The notes: generated by a model not told the origin, from the letters alone. Positions 30,412-41,108 are shown, numbered from the stretch's first letter. The stretch: 64,000 nt of DNA from Verrucomicrobiaceae bacterium (GCA_051252135.1 JBPOGH010000001.1:320001-384000); one strand, 5' to 3'. A program made the numbers and translations.

Positions 30412-31392
30412 TTAACGACGGCTTCGACGATATATTTGGGCGCGACTTGTCAACTTCAGAGAAAGATCAACCATCACCCCATCCCGCTTTACCGATAGGC
30501 TGACTTGGTCACCGGGAGCGAAATCGATCAAGACCTCACCCAAATCCTTCAAATTCTTCACTTCCTCGTGATTGAGAGACACAATGACGTCGCCACCACG
30601 CAAACCCGCTACTTCCCCGGGCGAACCGGGCGTCACGGATTCCACATCCAACTTCCCACTTCGAGCATCCAGCATCACCCCAATGGCAGGACTGTTGGCG
30701 GCATCAAAACCGCCCCCCAACCGGCCCCAGGAATCTCCTCGGAGCATCTTCGCCCATGACTTTTTGAACCCCGTAATGCCGGCGTGATTATTTACCGCCC
30801 TTTCATGGGCGTTGATGTGGGAGTGGATTCCGATCACCTTCCCTTCGAGATCAAAGAGCGGTCCCCCACTGTCTCCGCCAACCACTGTACAGTCCGTCGT
30901 GATGAAACCGGTTCGCCCCTTGGTCATCACACGTCCAAATCGCACCGGAGGCCGCCGGGTGGGATCATACCCTTTTGGATGCCCCATCGCCACGACCAGA
31001 TCCCCCGTCGTCAAGGGGGCCGAGTCTCCAATCCCGACAAAAGGCCACGGTCCTGCACCAACCATCTGCGCCATCGCGGCATCCCTGCTGTAATTTGCCC
31101 CCAGGACCTTCGCACGCTCTTCCCTCCCATCGGGGAAAATTACTGTCATTTCCCGGCTGCCATCCACCACATGGGCGGCGGTGAGAATCAACCCGTCCGG
31201 AGAAACGATAACGCCACTTCCAGATGCCCCGATTTTGGGAGAAACCAAAGAAACCGTGGCCGGAGTCGCCTCAAGCACGACCTTCTGCATTTTCTCCTCA
31301 ATCGCCTGGAGATCACTCAAACTGGTGATCCGGGGAGCAGCTTGGGCGGTGACCACTCCCAGAATTACTAATAAGGTGAAAATTTGTTTCAT
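30412..31392 (-). CDS. S1C/HtrA-like serine protease with PDZ domain
   Basis: Signal peptide from MKQIF; GSGVIV, TAAHV, GDSGGP; C-terminal PDZ. Confidence 0.92.
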   Translation of the reverse strand: MKQIFTLLVILGVVTAQAAPRITSLSDLQAIEEKMQKVVLEATPATVSLVSPKIGASGSGVIVSPDGLILTAAHVVDGSREMTVIFPDGREERAKVLGANYSRDAAMAQMVGAGPWPFVGIGDSAPLTTGDLVVAMGHPKGYDPTRRPPVRFGRVMTKGRTGFITTDCTVVGGDSGGPLFDLEGKVIGIHSHINAHERAVNNHAGITGFKKSWAKMLRGDSWGRLGGGFDAANSPAIGVMLDARSGKLDVESVTPGSPGEVAGLRGGDVIVSLNHEEVKNLKDLGEVLIDFAPGDQVSLSVKRDGVMVDLSLKLTSRAQIYRRSRR

Positions 31393-31513
31393 CGCTTTAG
31401 CATCGTCATCCAAAGGTCCCTTTGTTTTGGAATTGTGCAAGTTCGCCTGTAATTTCTTTTCCGGAAAAGTCCGGCCTTGGACTTCGTTATACAAGGCATA
31501 GACTTCCCCCCAG

Positions 31514-33604
31514 ATGCCCGCCCAAAAAAAGGACTCCAAGAAAAAAGGTTCCGGCAAGAGCTCAGAGTTTGCCGCCCGGCACTTCTTTCTTTCTCCATTC
31601 ATCCTTATCGGCTGGATGACTCGAAACTTGGCCCCGTTCGTCAAATGGCCCCTGAGATTGGGACTTTCAGCAGGGTTTGTCGGTCTCAGCACCCTTCTGC
31701 TCGCCGCCATATTCTATTATGTCATGGCCTCCACTTACGATCTTGACGAGGTCGCCAAAATGCCAGCTCGCACTGAGATTTTGGATCGCCACGGCAACAT
31801 CCTCAAAAACACCAAAGGACAGGAAATCGGCTTTCTTCATGGGAAAAACCGCCACCTGATCAAATACGGGGATGTCTCTCCCCTATTCGTCAAAGCTCTC
31901 ATCTCAAGGGAAGATGGTCGCTTCCGTGACCACGGGGCAGTGGATTTCCGTGGTATCGCCCGCTCCATTCAACGAGCTGTCACCAGAGGAAAGGCCGAGG
32001 GAGCCTCAACCATCACGATGCAGCTTGCTCGAAATTCATATGGCTTGAAGAAACCGGGTCACGGGCCCCTCATGAGCCTTCACCGCAAGGCCCTCGAAAT
32101 CGCCATCGCCTTTCGAATCGAATCCCGCTTCAGCAAAGATGAGATCCTGGAGCATTACATGAATCGCATTTTCTGGGGCGGTTCAATTATGGGAATCGAA
32201 TCTGCCTCTCGCACCTACTTTGCCAAATCAGCTCATGATCTTGACCTCTCCGAATCAGCACTCCTGGCCGGCATTATTCGGGCTCCCAACGCATTCTCTC
32301 CTTTTCAGGATCTCGATGCCGCCAAGTTCGAGCGGGATACCGTTCTTGATCGCATGGTCTATTTCGGTCACCTCGCGGAAGACGAAGCCGAAGCCGCCAA
32401 GGCCACCAGACTCAACATCCCGAATGCTTCGGAACGAATCATTCAAGGCACTTATGCGCTGGATGCCATTCGCCGCGACCTTGAACAAATTCTAGAGCGT
32501 GAAAACATTAAGGACGGAGGACTCATCATCCACACGACCCTCGATCCCAATATCCAGGAAGCTGCAGAGCGCTCAATCGAAGCACGTCTAGCCTCGATCG
32601 AAAATACTCCGGGGTACCAGCATCAAAAAAGGGCCGACTGGGACGGGAAAGGATCACCGCAATACCTTCAAGGAGCAGCTGTCGTGATTGACAACGCAAG
32701 TGGAGGTGTCCTTGCTATTGTGGGAGGTCGTGATGCGAGCGAATCCCAATTCAATCGGGCACTTCAGTCCCACCGTCCATTGGGATCCATTTTCAAACCC
32801 TTCGTCTATCTCGCCGCAGTGCAAACGGGTTTCTCACTCAATGAATCGGTAGACGACGGTCGAATCAGGCCGGGTGAAATTTCCGGCGCTCCCCGGGACT
32901 GGTCTCCCACGAACTCTGATGGAAAATATTACGGGCAAGTGCGAGCCTACGATGCCTTGATAGGCTCCCGCAACACCTCCTCCATCCGGGTTGGCACGGT
33001 TGCCGGACTTGAGCGCGTCATTGAAACCGCCCGCATGGTGGGCTTTGATCACGATCGAATCGACCGGGTTCCCTCATCCTATCTTGGGTCTTGGGGAGCT
33101 ACCACCGAAGAGGTCGCCAGCGCCTATTCCATCTTTCCCAATGGCGGTCGTCGATTCCGTCCCTACTACGTCACTGAAATTGAGGATCGTGATGGGCACA
33201 CTCTTTGGAAGAACGGGCGTCTCTTTCATGAAGCCGCAACACCGTCGGCAGCCTGGGAGGTGTCCCGTGTTCTTGAACAGGTCAACAAAAGAGGAACCGG
33301 CCGTTCGATTCGGACACGTTTCGGATTCACCAATCCTTCGGGAGGCAAGACCGGCACCACCAACGATTATCAGGATGCCTGGTACGCCGGTTATACCTCC
33401 TCTCTCACTTGCGCGGTCTGGGTTGGTTTGGATACCCCTAAAAAGACCATCTCCGGGGGTGAAGGCGCCAGACTGGCCTTGCCTATTTGGGCTGACATCA
33501 TGAAGACCGCCGACCGGTTACCCTCCTATAGCAATGGCCCGATCGGCCCAGCTGAGGCGGAGCGCGTCACTCCCGGAATTCCCATGGCTCTCCCCGTGGA
33601 GTAA
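31514..33604 (+). CDS. Class A penicillin-binding protein (PBP1A family)
   Basis: TM helix; transglycosylase motifs EDGRF..H, GASTITMQ, RKALE; transpeptidase motifs SIFK, SRN, KTG. Confidence 0.93.
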   Translation: MPAQKKDSKKKGSGKSSEFAARHFFLSPFILIGWMTRNLAPFVKWPLRLGLSAGFVGLSTLLLAAIFYYVMASTYDLDEVAKMPARTEILDRHGNILKNTKGQEIGFLHGKNRHLIKYGDVSPLFVKALISREDGRFRDHGAVDFRGIARSIQRAVTRGKAEGASTITMQLARNSYGLKKPGHGPLMSLHRKALEIAIAFRIESRFSKDEILEHYMNRIFWGGSIMGIESASRTYFAKSAHDLDLSESALLAGIIRAPNAFSPFQDLDAAKFERDTVLDRMVYFGHLAEDEAEAAKATRLNIPNASERIIQGTYALDAIRRDLEQILERENIKDGGLIIHTTLDPNIQEAAERSIEARLASIENTPGYQHQKRADWDGKGSPQYLQGAAVVIDNASGGVLAIVGGRDASESQFNRALQSHRPLGSIFKPFVYLAAVQTGFSLNESVDDGRIRPGEISGAPRDWSPTNSDGKYYGQVRAYDALIGSRNTSSIRVGTVAGLERVIETARMVGFDHDRIDRVPSSYLGSWGATTEEVASAYSIFPNGGRRFRPYYVTEIEDRDGHTLWKNGRLFHEAATPSAAWEVSRVLEQVNKRGTGRSIRTRFGFTNPSGGKTGTTNDYQDAWYAGYTSSLTCAVWVGLDTPKKTISGGEGARLALPIWADIMKTADRLPSYSNGPIGPAEAERVTPGIPMALPVE

Positions 33605-33716
33605 ATACCGATCTCGTCCCCACCGCCCCCCTGACCTCTTTTTTCGAACCCAATTTGCGATCCGGGACTATGGGCTAGCTCTTGTTTTATCTCTGGTTCT
33701 GGAACAGATTCGATCC

Positions 33717-35102
33717 ATGGAATTTGACTATGATCTCATTGTGATCGGAGGCGGGAGTGGTGGCTATGCGGCGGCCAAGACCGCGGTGTCGCACAACCTC
33801 AAAGTTGCTGTCATCGAATCGGCAAAGGAATTGGGAGGACTTTGTATTCTCCGCGGTTGCATGCCAACCAAAGCTCTCATTGAGACATCCAACCGGATGA
33901 GAGCCATTAGAGAGGCCCGGGAATTTGGAATAACAGTTCCCGAACCCAAGCTCGATCTGGACGTACTAAGAGACAGGAAAAGTCGTCTAATCGAGGGATT
34001 TCAAGAGTGGCGTATCAAAGGTCTTGAGAAAGGAGATTTTGACCTGATTCGTGGAACCGCATCATTCAGCTCCCCAAACACGATCAGCGTCACCGGCACC
34101 GGAGAAATTTCAGCCAAGGCGTTTGTCATCGCCACCGGCTCGGATGAGCGTGTCCCCCCTTTGGAAGGCCTCCACGACACCCCCTTTTGGACAAGCGACG
34201 ATATCGTAAACATCCCATCAGTCCCCGATAAGGTCGTTGTGGTGGGAACCGGAGCTGTCGGGATGGAATCAGCCCACCTATTTCAGGGTCTTGGTTCATC
34301 AGTGACGGTCATTTCACGCAGCAAACCACTCGTCTCGGGAGTGGAACCCGAAGTCTCCGAAGCAATGGAAAAACGGTGTAAGGATCTTGGGATCGACCTC
34401 ATTTTTGGAAACGGTCTCAAATCTGCCAGCCATAGCAGTAGTGGCTTCAAGCTGACCTTGTCTAACGATGATGTGATCACATGCGATCAACTCATCATGG
34501 CAACTGGAAGAAAGCCTAATATCGACGGGCTGAATCTTCCCGCAGCCGGCTTCGAGGAAAAACTTTCGCGTATCGAGATCAACGATCACTGCCAGACCAT
34601 AATTCCTCACATCTTTGCGGTTGGTGATTGCGCGAGTCCTCTGGCCGTCGTGCACCTCGCAGTAATGCAAGGCGAAGCCGCGGGAGAAAACATCGCCTCC
34701 TTACTCACCAACAAACCCTTAGAGGGAACGTGGGACCTCAACCTGAAAATATTCGGCATATTCACTGATCCCGAAATCGTCCAGGTGGGTTTAACCCTGC
34801 AAGAAGCGCAGACGGCTGGTTTTGACCCGGTCATCGCAAGCTATCGCTTCGATGATCAGGGAAAGGGCGAAATTGTGGGAGAAGAGCATGGGCTCGTTAT
34901 GTTGATGTCCGATCGCAAAACTCGAAAAATTCTCGGAGCTTCGGGAATGGGCCCCCATGTCATCGACTATGCCCACACGATAGTCGTCGCTCTTGCCCAA
35001 CACCTTACCGTTGATGAGTTCCTCAAAATCCCCTCCTATCACCCGACCTTGGGTGAAATCTGGACCTATGTGGCCGAAGAGCTTTCGGAAAAGCTTAACT
35101 AA
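33717..35102 (+). CDS. Dihydrolipoyl dehydrogenase-like FAD/NAD disulfide oxidoreductase
   Basis: GGGSGG, GGLCILRGCMPTK, GDC, YHPTLGE. Confidence 0.9.
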   Translation: MEFDYDLIVIGGGSGGYAAAKTAVSHNLKVAVIESAKELGGLCILRGCMPTKALIETSNRMRAIREAREFGITVPEPKLDLDVLRDRKSRLIEGFQEWRIKGLEKGDFDLIRGTASFSSPNTISVTGTGEISAKAFVIATGSDERVPPLEGLHDTPFWTSDDIVNIPSVPDKVVVVGTGAVGMESAHLFQGLGSSVTVISRSKPLVSGVEPEVSEAMEKRCKDLGIDLIFGNGLKSASHSSSGFKLTLSNDDVITCDQLIMATGRKPNIDGLNLPAAGFEEKLSRIEINDHCQTIIPHIFAVGDCASPLAVVHLAVMQGEAAGENIASLLTNKPLEGTWDLNLKIFGIFTDPEIVQVGLTLQEAQTAGFDPVIASYRFDDQGKGEIVGEEHGLVMLMSDRKTRKILGASGMGPHVIDYAHTIVVALAQHLTVDEFLKIPSYHPTLGEIWTYVAEELSEKLN

Positions 35103-35124
35103 ATTGGAAAAATCGTTCCAAAAA

Positions 35125-35201
35125 TGGTCGGGGCGACAGGATTCGAACCTGCGACCTCTTCACCCCCAGTGAAGCGCGCTACCAAGCTGCGCTACGCCCC
35201 G
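35125..35201 (-). tRNA. tRNA-Pro (GGG)
   Basis: Reverse complement CGGGGCGTAGCGCAGCTTGGTAGCGCGCTTCACTGGGGGTGAAGAGGTCGCAGGTTCGAATCCTGTCGCCCCGACCA; encoded CCA end. Confidence 0.97.
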
Positions 35202-35284
35202 ACATGCCGAACGGCGGGCTGGTTTTTGCCAGAGAATCGAGAATTGGCAAGCATCTAATTTCCTGCCATTTCAAATACAGTCAA

Positions 35285-36325
35285 ATGTCTCACCCAACCA
35301 AAGTCGCCATCGTCGGAGCCAGCGGATATACCGGCCTCGAACTTCTCAAAATCCTCTTCTGCCACCCCAACGTGGAAGTCGTAGCCATCACCTCACGCGC
35401 AAATGCCGGCGAATCGGTATCGACTCTCTTCCCGCGCTTTCAGGATCACCCTGGAACCAATCTCACGTTCATTGAGCCGAATATGGACACGATCGCCTCG
35501 ACGGGCGCTGAAGTTGCCTTTCTCGCCCTCCCCCATGGCGCCGCTGCTCCGTTCGCCCGAGAACTTCTCAACCTTGGAATCAAAGTAATCGATCTCAGCG
35601 CAGACTTTCGCTTGGAAGACCCTGAGGTTTACGCCGATTTCTACGATCATCCTCACCCCGCGCCAGAATTGTTAAAAGAAGCCGTATTCGGCCTACCCGA
35701 GGTTCACGGCGATCAAATCAAAGGAGCTAAACTGATCGCATCTCCGGGGTGCTATCCGACTTCAATCATGTTGCCGCTGATCCCGCTTCTCCGGGAGAAC
35801 CTCATCGAAATGTCCTCAATCACGATATCTTCGATGAGTGGCGTGAGCGGCGCCGGTCGTAATGCGAGCATTCCTCTCATTTTTGCCGAATGCAACGAGA
35901 GTGTCCGATCCTATGGACTGCCCAGACACCGCCATCTTTCCGAAATTGAACAGGAGCTTGGAAAAGCTGCTGGCGAACAAATCACGGTCTGCTTTGTTCC
36001 CCACCTCATTCCGGTGACAGCTGGAATCTGCACCACTATTTTTGCTACGCTCAAGGGCACCGGCGATGAAGTTAACTCGGCACTCCAGAAAGCCTACCAA
36101 AAGGCCCCATTTGTGAGACTACGCGGAGAGGGCGTCTCTCCCGACACCAAACACGTGGTGGGCACCAACTATCTTGATATTGGCTGGCACTTTGATCGCA
36201 GAACCGGAAGGATCATCCTTCAAAGCGCAGAGGATAATCTTGGGAAGGGGGCCGCAGGTCAGGCCGTCCAGAGTTTCAACCTTTTGGTTGGAAATAGGGA
36301 AACTGACGGGTTGCAAAGACTCTAG
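35285..36325 (+). CDS. argC: N-acetyl-gamma-glutamyl-phosphate reductase
   Basis: GASGYTG, IDLSADFR, SPGCYPT, SGVSGAG, DNLGKGAAGQA. Confidence 0.96.
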   Translation: MSHPTKVAIVGASGYTGLELLKILFCHPNVEVVAITSRANAGESVSTLFPRFQDHPGTNLTFIEPNMDTIASTGAEVAFLALPHGAAAPFARELLNLGIKVIDLSADFRLEDPEVYADFYDHPHPAPELLKEAVFGLPEVHGDQIKGAKLIASPGCYPTSIMLPLIPLLRENLIEMSSITISSMSGVSGAGRNASIPLIFAECNESVRSYGLPRHRHLSEIEQELGKAAGEQITVCFVPHLIPVTAGICTTIFATLKGTGDEVNSALQKAYQKAPFVRLRGEGVSPDTKHVVGTNYLDIGWHFDRRTGRIILQSAEDNLGKGAAGQAVQSFNLLVGNRETDGLQRL

Positions 36326-36350
36326 AAACCGCACACATTTTTCTTTCTCG

Positions 36351-37613
36351 ATGGATCGTCCCTACAAACGCATCAAAGGTGGAATTTGTGCTGCAAAAGG
36401 CTTTTTAAGCAACGCTGTATCCTGCGGCATTAAAAATCCGGATTCAGATCGACTTGATCTTGCACTCATTGCTTCCGAATTCCCCTGCGTTTCCGCCGGA
36501 GCGTTCACCACCAATCGTGTAAAAGCGGCTCCGGTTCGCATGACTCAGAGTCATTTGCGAGCCAATCCTATCCGCGCAATCATCACAAACAGTGGAAATG
36601 CGAATGCCTGCACCGGACCGGATGGCATGTCCGACGCCCGGATCATGGCTAGGTCCACCGCAAAATTGCTAAACCTAAAGCAACGGGAAGTTGCTGTCGG
36701 ATCAACAGGCGTGATCGGCATTCCCCTTCCGATGATGAGAATCGAGCCAAAATTTGAGGAGTTGGTTTCTGGACTCTCGCCTAACAAGGGTAACGAATTC
36801 GCTCGTGCCATCATCACCAGTGATACCATCGAGAAGGAGACCGCAATCTCAGTGGAATTGGGGGGTCAAAGGGTCCGGATCGGAGGCTGCGCCAAGGGAG
36901 CCGGAATGATCAATCCCAACATGGCCACCATGCTCTGCTACATCACTACCGATGCAAACGTTGGACCAGCTTGTCTTACGCGCTCCGTTCAGGATGCGGT
37001 TCAGAATACGTTTAACCGAATCACGATTGATGGAGATACCAGCACGAATGACACGGTTTTGGTTCTCGCCAACGGCGCCGCTGGCAACAAACCCATTCGG
37101 CTAAGAACCCGGGACTGTCAGGATTTCTCACATGCATTGGAGTTCGTGATGAACAAGCTCGCGAAGGCAATCGTTCGCGATGGTGAGCGGGTCACTAAAT
37201 TCGTCAAGGTCCTGGTGAAGGGTGCCAGAACGAATCACGACGCAAAGAAGGTCGCAGAAGCAGTTTCCAACTCCTCTCTGGTCAAAGCATCATGGAATGG
37301 TGAAGACCCCAATTGGGGCCGGATCATTCATGCTGTCGGCTACTCGGGCGCCAGCATCAGGGAGGAGCTTATCGATATCAGCTTCGATAAGAAAATCGCC
37401 TGTTCGGGCGGACTGCAGTCCAAGGTCAACCCCGAGGTCCTCCGCAGTATCGTAAGAAAGAGCGAATTTACCGTAACAATCGACCTGGGCCGGGGTGATG
37501 GCTCCTATCATGTCTATACCTCCGATCTCTCTCCGGAGTATGTTGACTTCAACCGATCCGAATATGCTTATTGGAAGCAGGCCCAAAAAGACGGGGCCTT
37601 CAAGACCTCATAG
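36351..37613 (+). CDS. argJ: Ornithine acetyltransferase / N-acetylglutamate synthase
   Basis: NSGNANACTG, KGAGMINPNMATML, DGDTSTND, DPNWGR. Confidence 0.96.
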   Translation: MDRPYKRIKGGICAAKGFLSNAVSCGIKNPDSDRLDLALIASEFPCVSAGAFTTNRVKAAPVRMTQSHLRANPIRAIITNSGNANACTGPDGMSDARIMARSTAKLLNLKQREVAVGSTGVIGIPLPMMRIEPKFEELVSGLSPNKGNEFARAIITSDTIEKETAISVELGGQRVRIGGCAKGAGMINPNMATMLCYITTDANVGPACLTRSVQDAVQNTFNRITIDGDTSTNDTVLVLANGAAGNKPIRLRTRDCQDFSHALEFVMNKLAKAIVRDGERVTKFVKVLVKGARTNHDAKKVAEAVSNSSLVKASWNGEDPNWGRIIHAVGYSGASIREELIDISFDKKIACSGGLQSKVNPEVLRSIVRKSEFTVTIDLGRGDGSYHVYTSDLSPEYVDFNRSEYAYWKQAQKDGAFKTS

Positions 37614-37660
37614 CTTTGTTCGAAAACGGGTTCGTTACCGGGCACCAATAAACGGCAAAT

Positions 37661-37694
37661 AAAAACCCCGGTGGAAATTATTCCAACCGGGGTT
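37661..37694 (-). terminator. Terminator between convergent argJ and DUF1501 genes
   Basis: AACCCCGGTGGAA...TTCCAACCGGGGTT with an A tract on the + strand (U tract on -). Confidence 0.75.
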
Positions 37695-37716
37695 GCTAAA
37701 GGATTGAAGGAACCTT

Positions 37717-39036
37717 CTAGGAGAAGATTTCGGTGATCGGCTTTCCAAGGTCTGCTTCGGCACCTCCCATGCGGAACGGGCGGCCACTTGGAGAACTCAC
37801 AACCTGGGAGTGATCAATGCCAAGTGCGTAAGCGATCGTTGCATTGAAATCCTGGACAGTGACGCCCTTGTCTGCGACCCGGGCTCCATTTTTGTCCGAG
37901 CTTCCATACTTGGTGCCACCCTTGATGCCACCACCTGCCATGACAGCAGAGAAACATGCCGGGTGGTGATCCCGACCGCTGTTGTGCTCTTCCACAATGC
38001 GTGGAGTCCGTCCAAATTCAGTTCCGATGACCACCAATGTCGAATCAAGCATTCCACGCTCATCGAGGTCCTTCACCAGTTGCGCGAAGCCGCGGTCAAG
38101 AATCGCAGCCCGGCCTTCAACAGCGTTGAAGTTATCATAGTGAGTGTCCCATCCACCGAGAGATACCTCGACAAATCGCACTCCGGATTCAACGAGACGG
38201 CGGGCGAGAAGACATCCCTGCCCGAAACGATCCTTGCCATAGGCATCACGAACTTTGGAAGGCTCGGCATTGATATCGAACGCCTCCAAATCCTCGCTCT
38301 GCATCAGCTTGACCGCCTCTTCATAAAGAGAGTCATAAGCCTTAACATCAGGAGTCTTGTATCGTTCGGTGAATTGACGATTGAGAGCATCAGCAACCGC
38401 AAGGCGGTGCTTGAAATCTTCCTCACTCACCGTTCCAGCCATTTCTGAGTTTTTCAGCCCTTCATCAGGGCGACCAAGCGGAACACCGCCAAATTCGGCG
38501 CCAAAGAATCCCGGGGACGAAACCTTGGGACTCGTGTTCGCGGTTACAAATCCGGGAAGCGTCGTATTCTTACGACCTTTCATCCGAACCACCCACGATC
38601 CGATCGCCGGATGGACAATCGTTCCTCGAGGTGAGTAGCTACGATGAAGAAGATACTGACCTTGCTCATGGGCTCCCTGGCGCGAAGTCATTGAATTGAT
38701 GACACACATCCGGTCGGCTACTCCCGCCGTCTTGGGCAGGTATTGGGAGAGTTGGAAGTCACCGCTGGTAGCGATCGCCTCAACTGGACCCTGCACTTCT
38801 TTGTTGGTTGGTTTGACATCAAAGGTATCCAGATGGCTCATCCCTCCCCCCATATTGAGGAAAATAACGTGCTCCGCAGTTTTGGCCCGCGCAGCCACGC
38901 TCTTGGCGCCAAGTGATCCGGTGAGACTAGCTCCGAGCATCGGAGCCACAGTGACACCAAGATAGGTGTGCGCCGAGTTGATCAAAAACTGGCGGCGGCC
39001 GACTTCATCGGCTCTGAGTAGTTGTGATTTATCCAT
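37717..39036 (-). CDS. DUF1501 domain protein with Tat signal
   Basis: GRRQFL; GGMSHLDTFD, LARRLVESGVRFV, GWDTH, EFGRTP, GRDH. Confidence 0.9.
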   Translation of the reverse strand: MDKSQLLRADEVGRRQFLINSAHTYLGVTVAPMLGASLTGSLGAKSVAARAKTAEHVIFLNMGGGMSHLDTFDVKPTNKEVQGPVEAIATSGDFQLSQYLPKTAGVADRMCVINSMTSRQGAHEQGQYLLHRSYSPRGTIVHPAIGSWVVRMKGRKNTTLPGFVTANTSPKVSSPGFFGAEFGGVPLGRPDEGLKNSEMAGTVSEEDFKHRLAVADALNRQFTERYKTPDVKAYDSLYEEAVKLMQSEDLEAFDINAEPSKVRDAYGKDRFGQGCLLARRLVESGVRFVEVSLGGWDTHYDNFNAVEGRAAILDRGFAQLVKDLDERGMLDSTLVVIGTEFGRTPRIVEEHNSGRDHHPACFSAVMAGGGIKGGTKYGSSDKNGARVADKGVTVQDFNATIAYALGIDHSQVVSSPSGRPFRMGGAEADLGKPITEIFS

Positions 39037-39068
39037 TGTGTTAAAGGTTGGTGGTTGGTGTGAATGGT

Positions 39069-40976
39069 TTACTGAATGAACATAAACTCATGAGTGGAAA
39101 GCAGAGCGGAAACCAGATTGCGATAGCTGTCTTTGCTTCCGTCAATCACGTCTCGCATGAGCATGTTCATTTCCGCATCCGAAGGGGCGCGACTTAAAAT
39201 GGCATAGTAGAGATACCTCACCTTATCCCCGTCTGTTGATCCTTCTTCAAGAGCATTGTAGACAGCGGCTCCGTTGTTGCTCACGACCAGCTTCTCAACA
39301 TGACCATTCATGATCTCAAGCACCTGAGACATGTTGGCTTCACGGGTGGCACCATCCACCAGTTCTCGATCAGATTGACCAAACTCCCGAAGGAAATGAC
39401 CTACCGGAGCGGGAGCTCTCAGTTCGGATGCCCGGGCAATACCATTGGCGGGTCCGGGGCGCTCCTTCCGCGCCATCATCATCATGTCACTTGATGCGTT
39501 GGAATCATTTTCCATCAGCTGAGTCATGAAATTCTCAGCATACTCCCTATAAGCCTTGGGCTTACTGATGGACATCACTTCACGCGCGAGCTCGGACATG
39601 CTCTTTTTGCCAACGAGAACGGGCTTTCCATTGTAATAAATGTGATCGTTGAACGAACGCTTTGCCAATTTATCAGGCTCTTCTGCAATAAGAGTCACCA
39701 AGCTGTCCCAAAGTTGCTCAGCACTCATACGCTGCAACTGTCGGCCATTGAACGCCTGAGGCACTCCTACATCAAATGCCTTTGGATTGGCCGCGAACTG
39801 GAATGTCCGCGTTCCCAATAGAACCTGCTGGAAAGCCTTAAGATCGTAGTCCAGATCGACCATGAGGCGTTTCAGATAGCGGACCAGCCCAGGGGACAAA
39901 GTCTTATCCTCGGCAACAAACTCATCAACAGGGTAAGTGATTGGACTTCCCATGACGCGCTCCCACATCCGGTTCACAATCACATAGTCGAAGTTGTCGT
40001 TCTTGCGAGTCATCCACTCGGCAAACTTTTTGCGTGACCCTTCCGTCTCACGTCGTGCTGAAGTGCTAATGCGCTGTCCGAAATGCGTTTTTCCTCCGAC
40101 CATCTCACCGGGATCACCATCCCGATACTGGTAGTCACGGGGAAGTGCAATCCGGCCTTCGCTGTCATCAGCGAGAGTGAGATAATGAATGTTATCCCTC
40201 ATCCAATACATGACGCCACCCAGCTTGGATCGACGAAAATCAGGATCGTCGATCATCCTTACTGTTTCGCCCCAAACACGGGGGTTAATCTCACGTTGTC
40301 CGCTGGTGAAAGCTGCGAACTGGTAAAAATCCATACGTTCCCACTTGTTGGTCGGGCTGTCATGGCACTGGGCACATTCCAGACGCTCACCGGTGAAAAT
40401 CTGCATTGTCACGGCGAGGTTGTCCAACGGCATCCCCTTATCGCGAACGTAGTATCCGACTGCTCCATTCCCCTTTTCCCAGGCAATCCCGGAAGCTGAA
40501 ACCAAGTCTCTGGTGAACTGGTCCCACGGCTTGTTCTCAGCGACAGAGTTGTGGATAAACCGAACATAAGGAACAAATGACTCAGCTCCATTGGCGCGTC
40601 CCTCATCCTGAATTCGGAGAAGATCCATCACATAATTTTGCATGTGACTGCGGTATCCGTCCGTCGAAAGTAAATAACGGGTCAGCATCTCGCGCTTGTT
40701 GGCATCGTCAATTTCCAGAAAATTCTGAGCCTCTTTGAGAGTAGGAATCCGCCCATTTGCAACAAGGAAACTCCGACGCAGGAATGTCGCATCATCAACA
40801 ACCTCGGGAACGGACAGTTTTTTGCTCTTAAAAATCTCTGCTACGAACTTATCAACCTCATACGAGGCTTTCTTAAGGGCTTCGGGAGACTTGTTTTTAT
40901 TCTCGGCGGCAACACCGGAGGCAACTAGCCCGCCTAGGATGGCGATTGCTACAAATTTGGACTTTATCGGGAACAT
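39069..40976 (-). CDS. DUF1549/DUF1553 domain protein
   Basis: Signal peptide; DDATFLRR...GRIPT; CAQCHD; C-terminal EFMFIQ. Confidence 0.88.
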   Translation of the reverse strand: MFPIKSKFVAIAILGGLVASGVAAENKNKSPEALKKASYEVDKFVAEIFKSKKLSVPEVVDDATFLRRSFLVANGRIPTLKEAQNFLEIDDANKREMLTRYLLSTDGYRSHMQNYVMDLLRIQDEGRANGAESFVPYVRFIHNSVAENKPWDQFTRDLVSASGIAWEKGNGAVGYYVRDKGMPLDNLAVTMQIFTGERLECAQCHDSPTNKWERMDFYQFAAFTSGQREINPRVWGETVRMIDDPDFRRSKLGGVMYWMRDNIHYLTLADDSEGRIALPRDYQYRDGDPGEMVGGKTHFGQRISTSARRETEGSRKKFAEWMTRKNDNFDYVIVNRMWERVMGSPITYPVDEFVAEDKTLSPGLVRYLKRLMVDLDYDLKAFQQVLLGTRTFQFAANPKAFDVGVPQAFNGRQLQRMSAEQLWDSLVTLIAEEPDKLAKRSFNDHIYYNGKPVLVGKKSMSELAREVMSISKPKAYREYAENFMTQLMENDSNASSDMMMMARKERPGPANGIARASELRAPAPVGHFLREFGQSDRELVDGATREANMSQVLEIMNGHVEKLVVSNNGAAVYNALEEGSTDGDKVRYLYYAILSRAPSDAEMNMLMRDVIDGSKDSYRNLVSALLSTHEFMFIQ

Positions 40977-41108
40977 GGGACGTGTAGGTGGTTAAATTCC
41001 TTGGGGAATTTCACCTAAGTTACCTTTTTTTCACCCCCGTTGTCAAACTGGTAAATCTTGGCGGAAAAATCGACTTGTCGTCATCAATCGGAGAGCCAGT
41101 CTACGTTC

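Noticed and set aside
33717..35102. Mercuric reductase assignment
   Set aside because: No C-terminal Cys-Cys pair, no NmerA domain and no mer genes nearby
35125..35201. tRNA-Pro as an island integration site
   Set aside because: No integrase, no duplicated 3' end noticed, housekeeping genes on both sides
35226..35250. TTGCCA-N13-TGGCAA palindrome upstream of argC as an ARG box
   Set aside because: Does not resemble the ArgR consensus; better explained as overlapping -35 elements of the divergent tRNA and argC promoters
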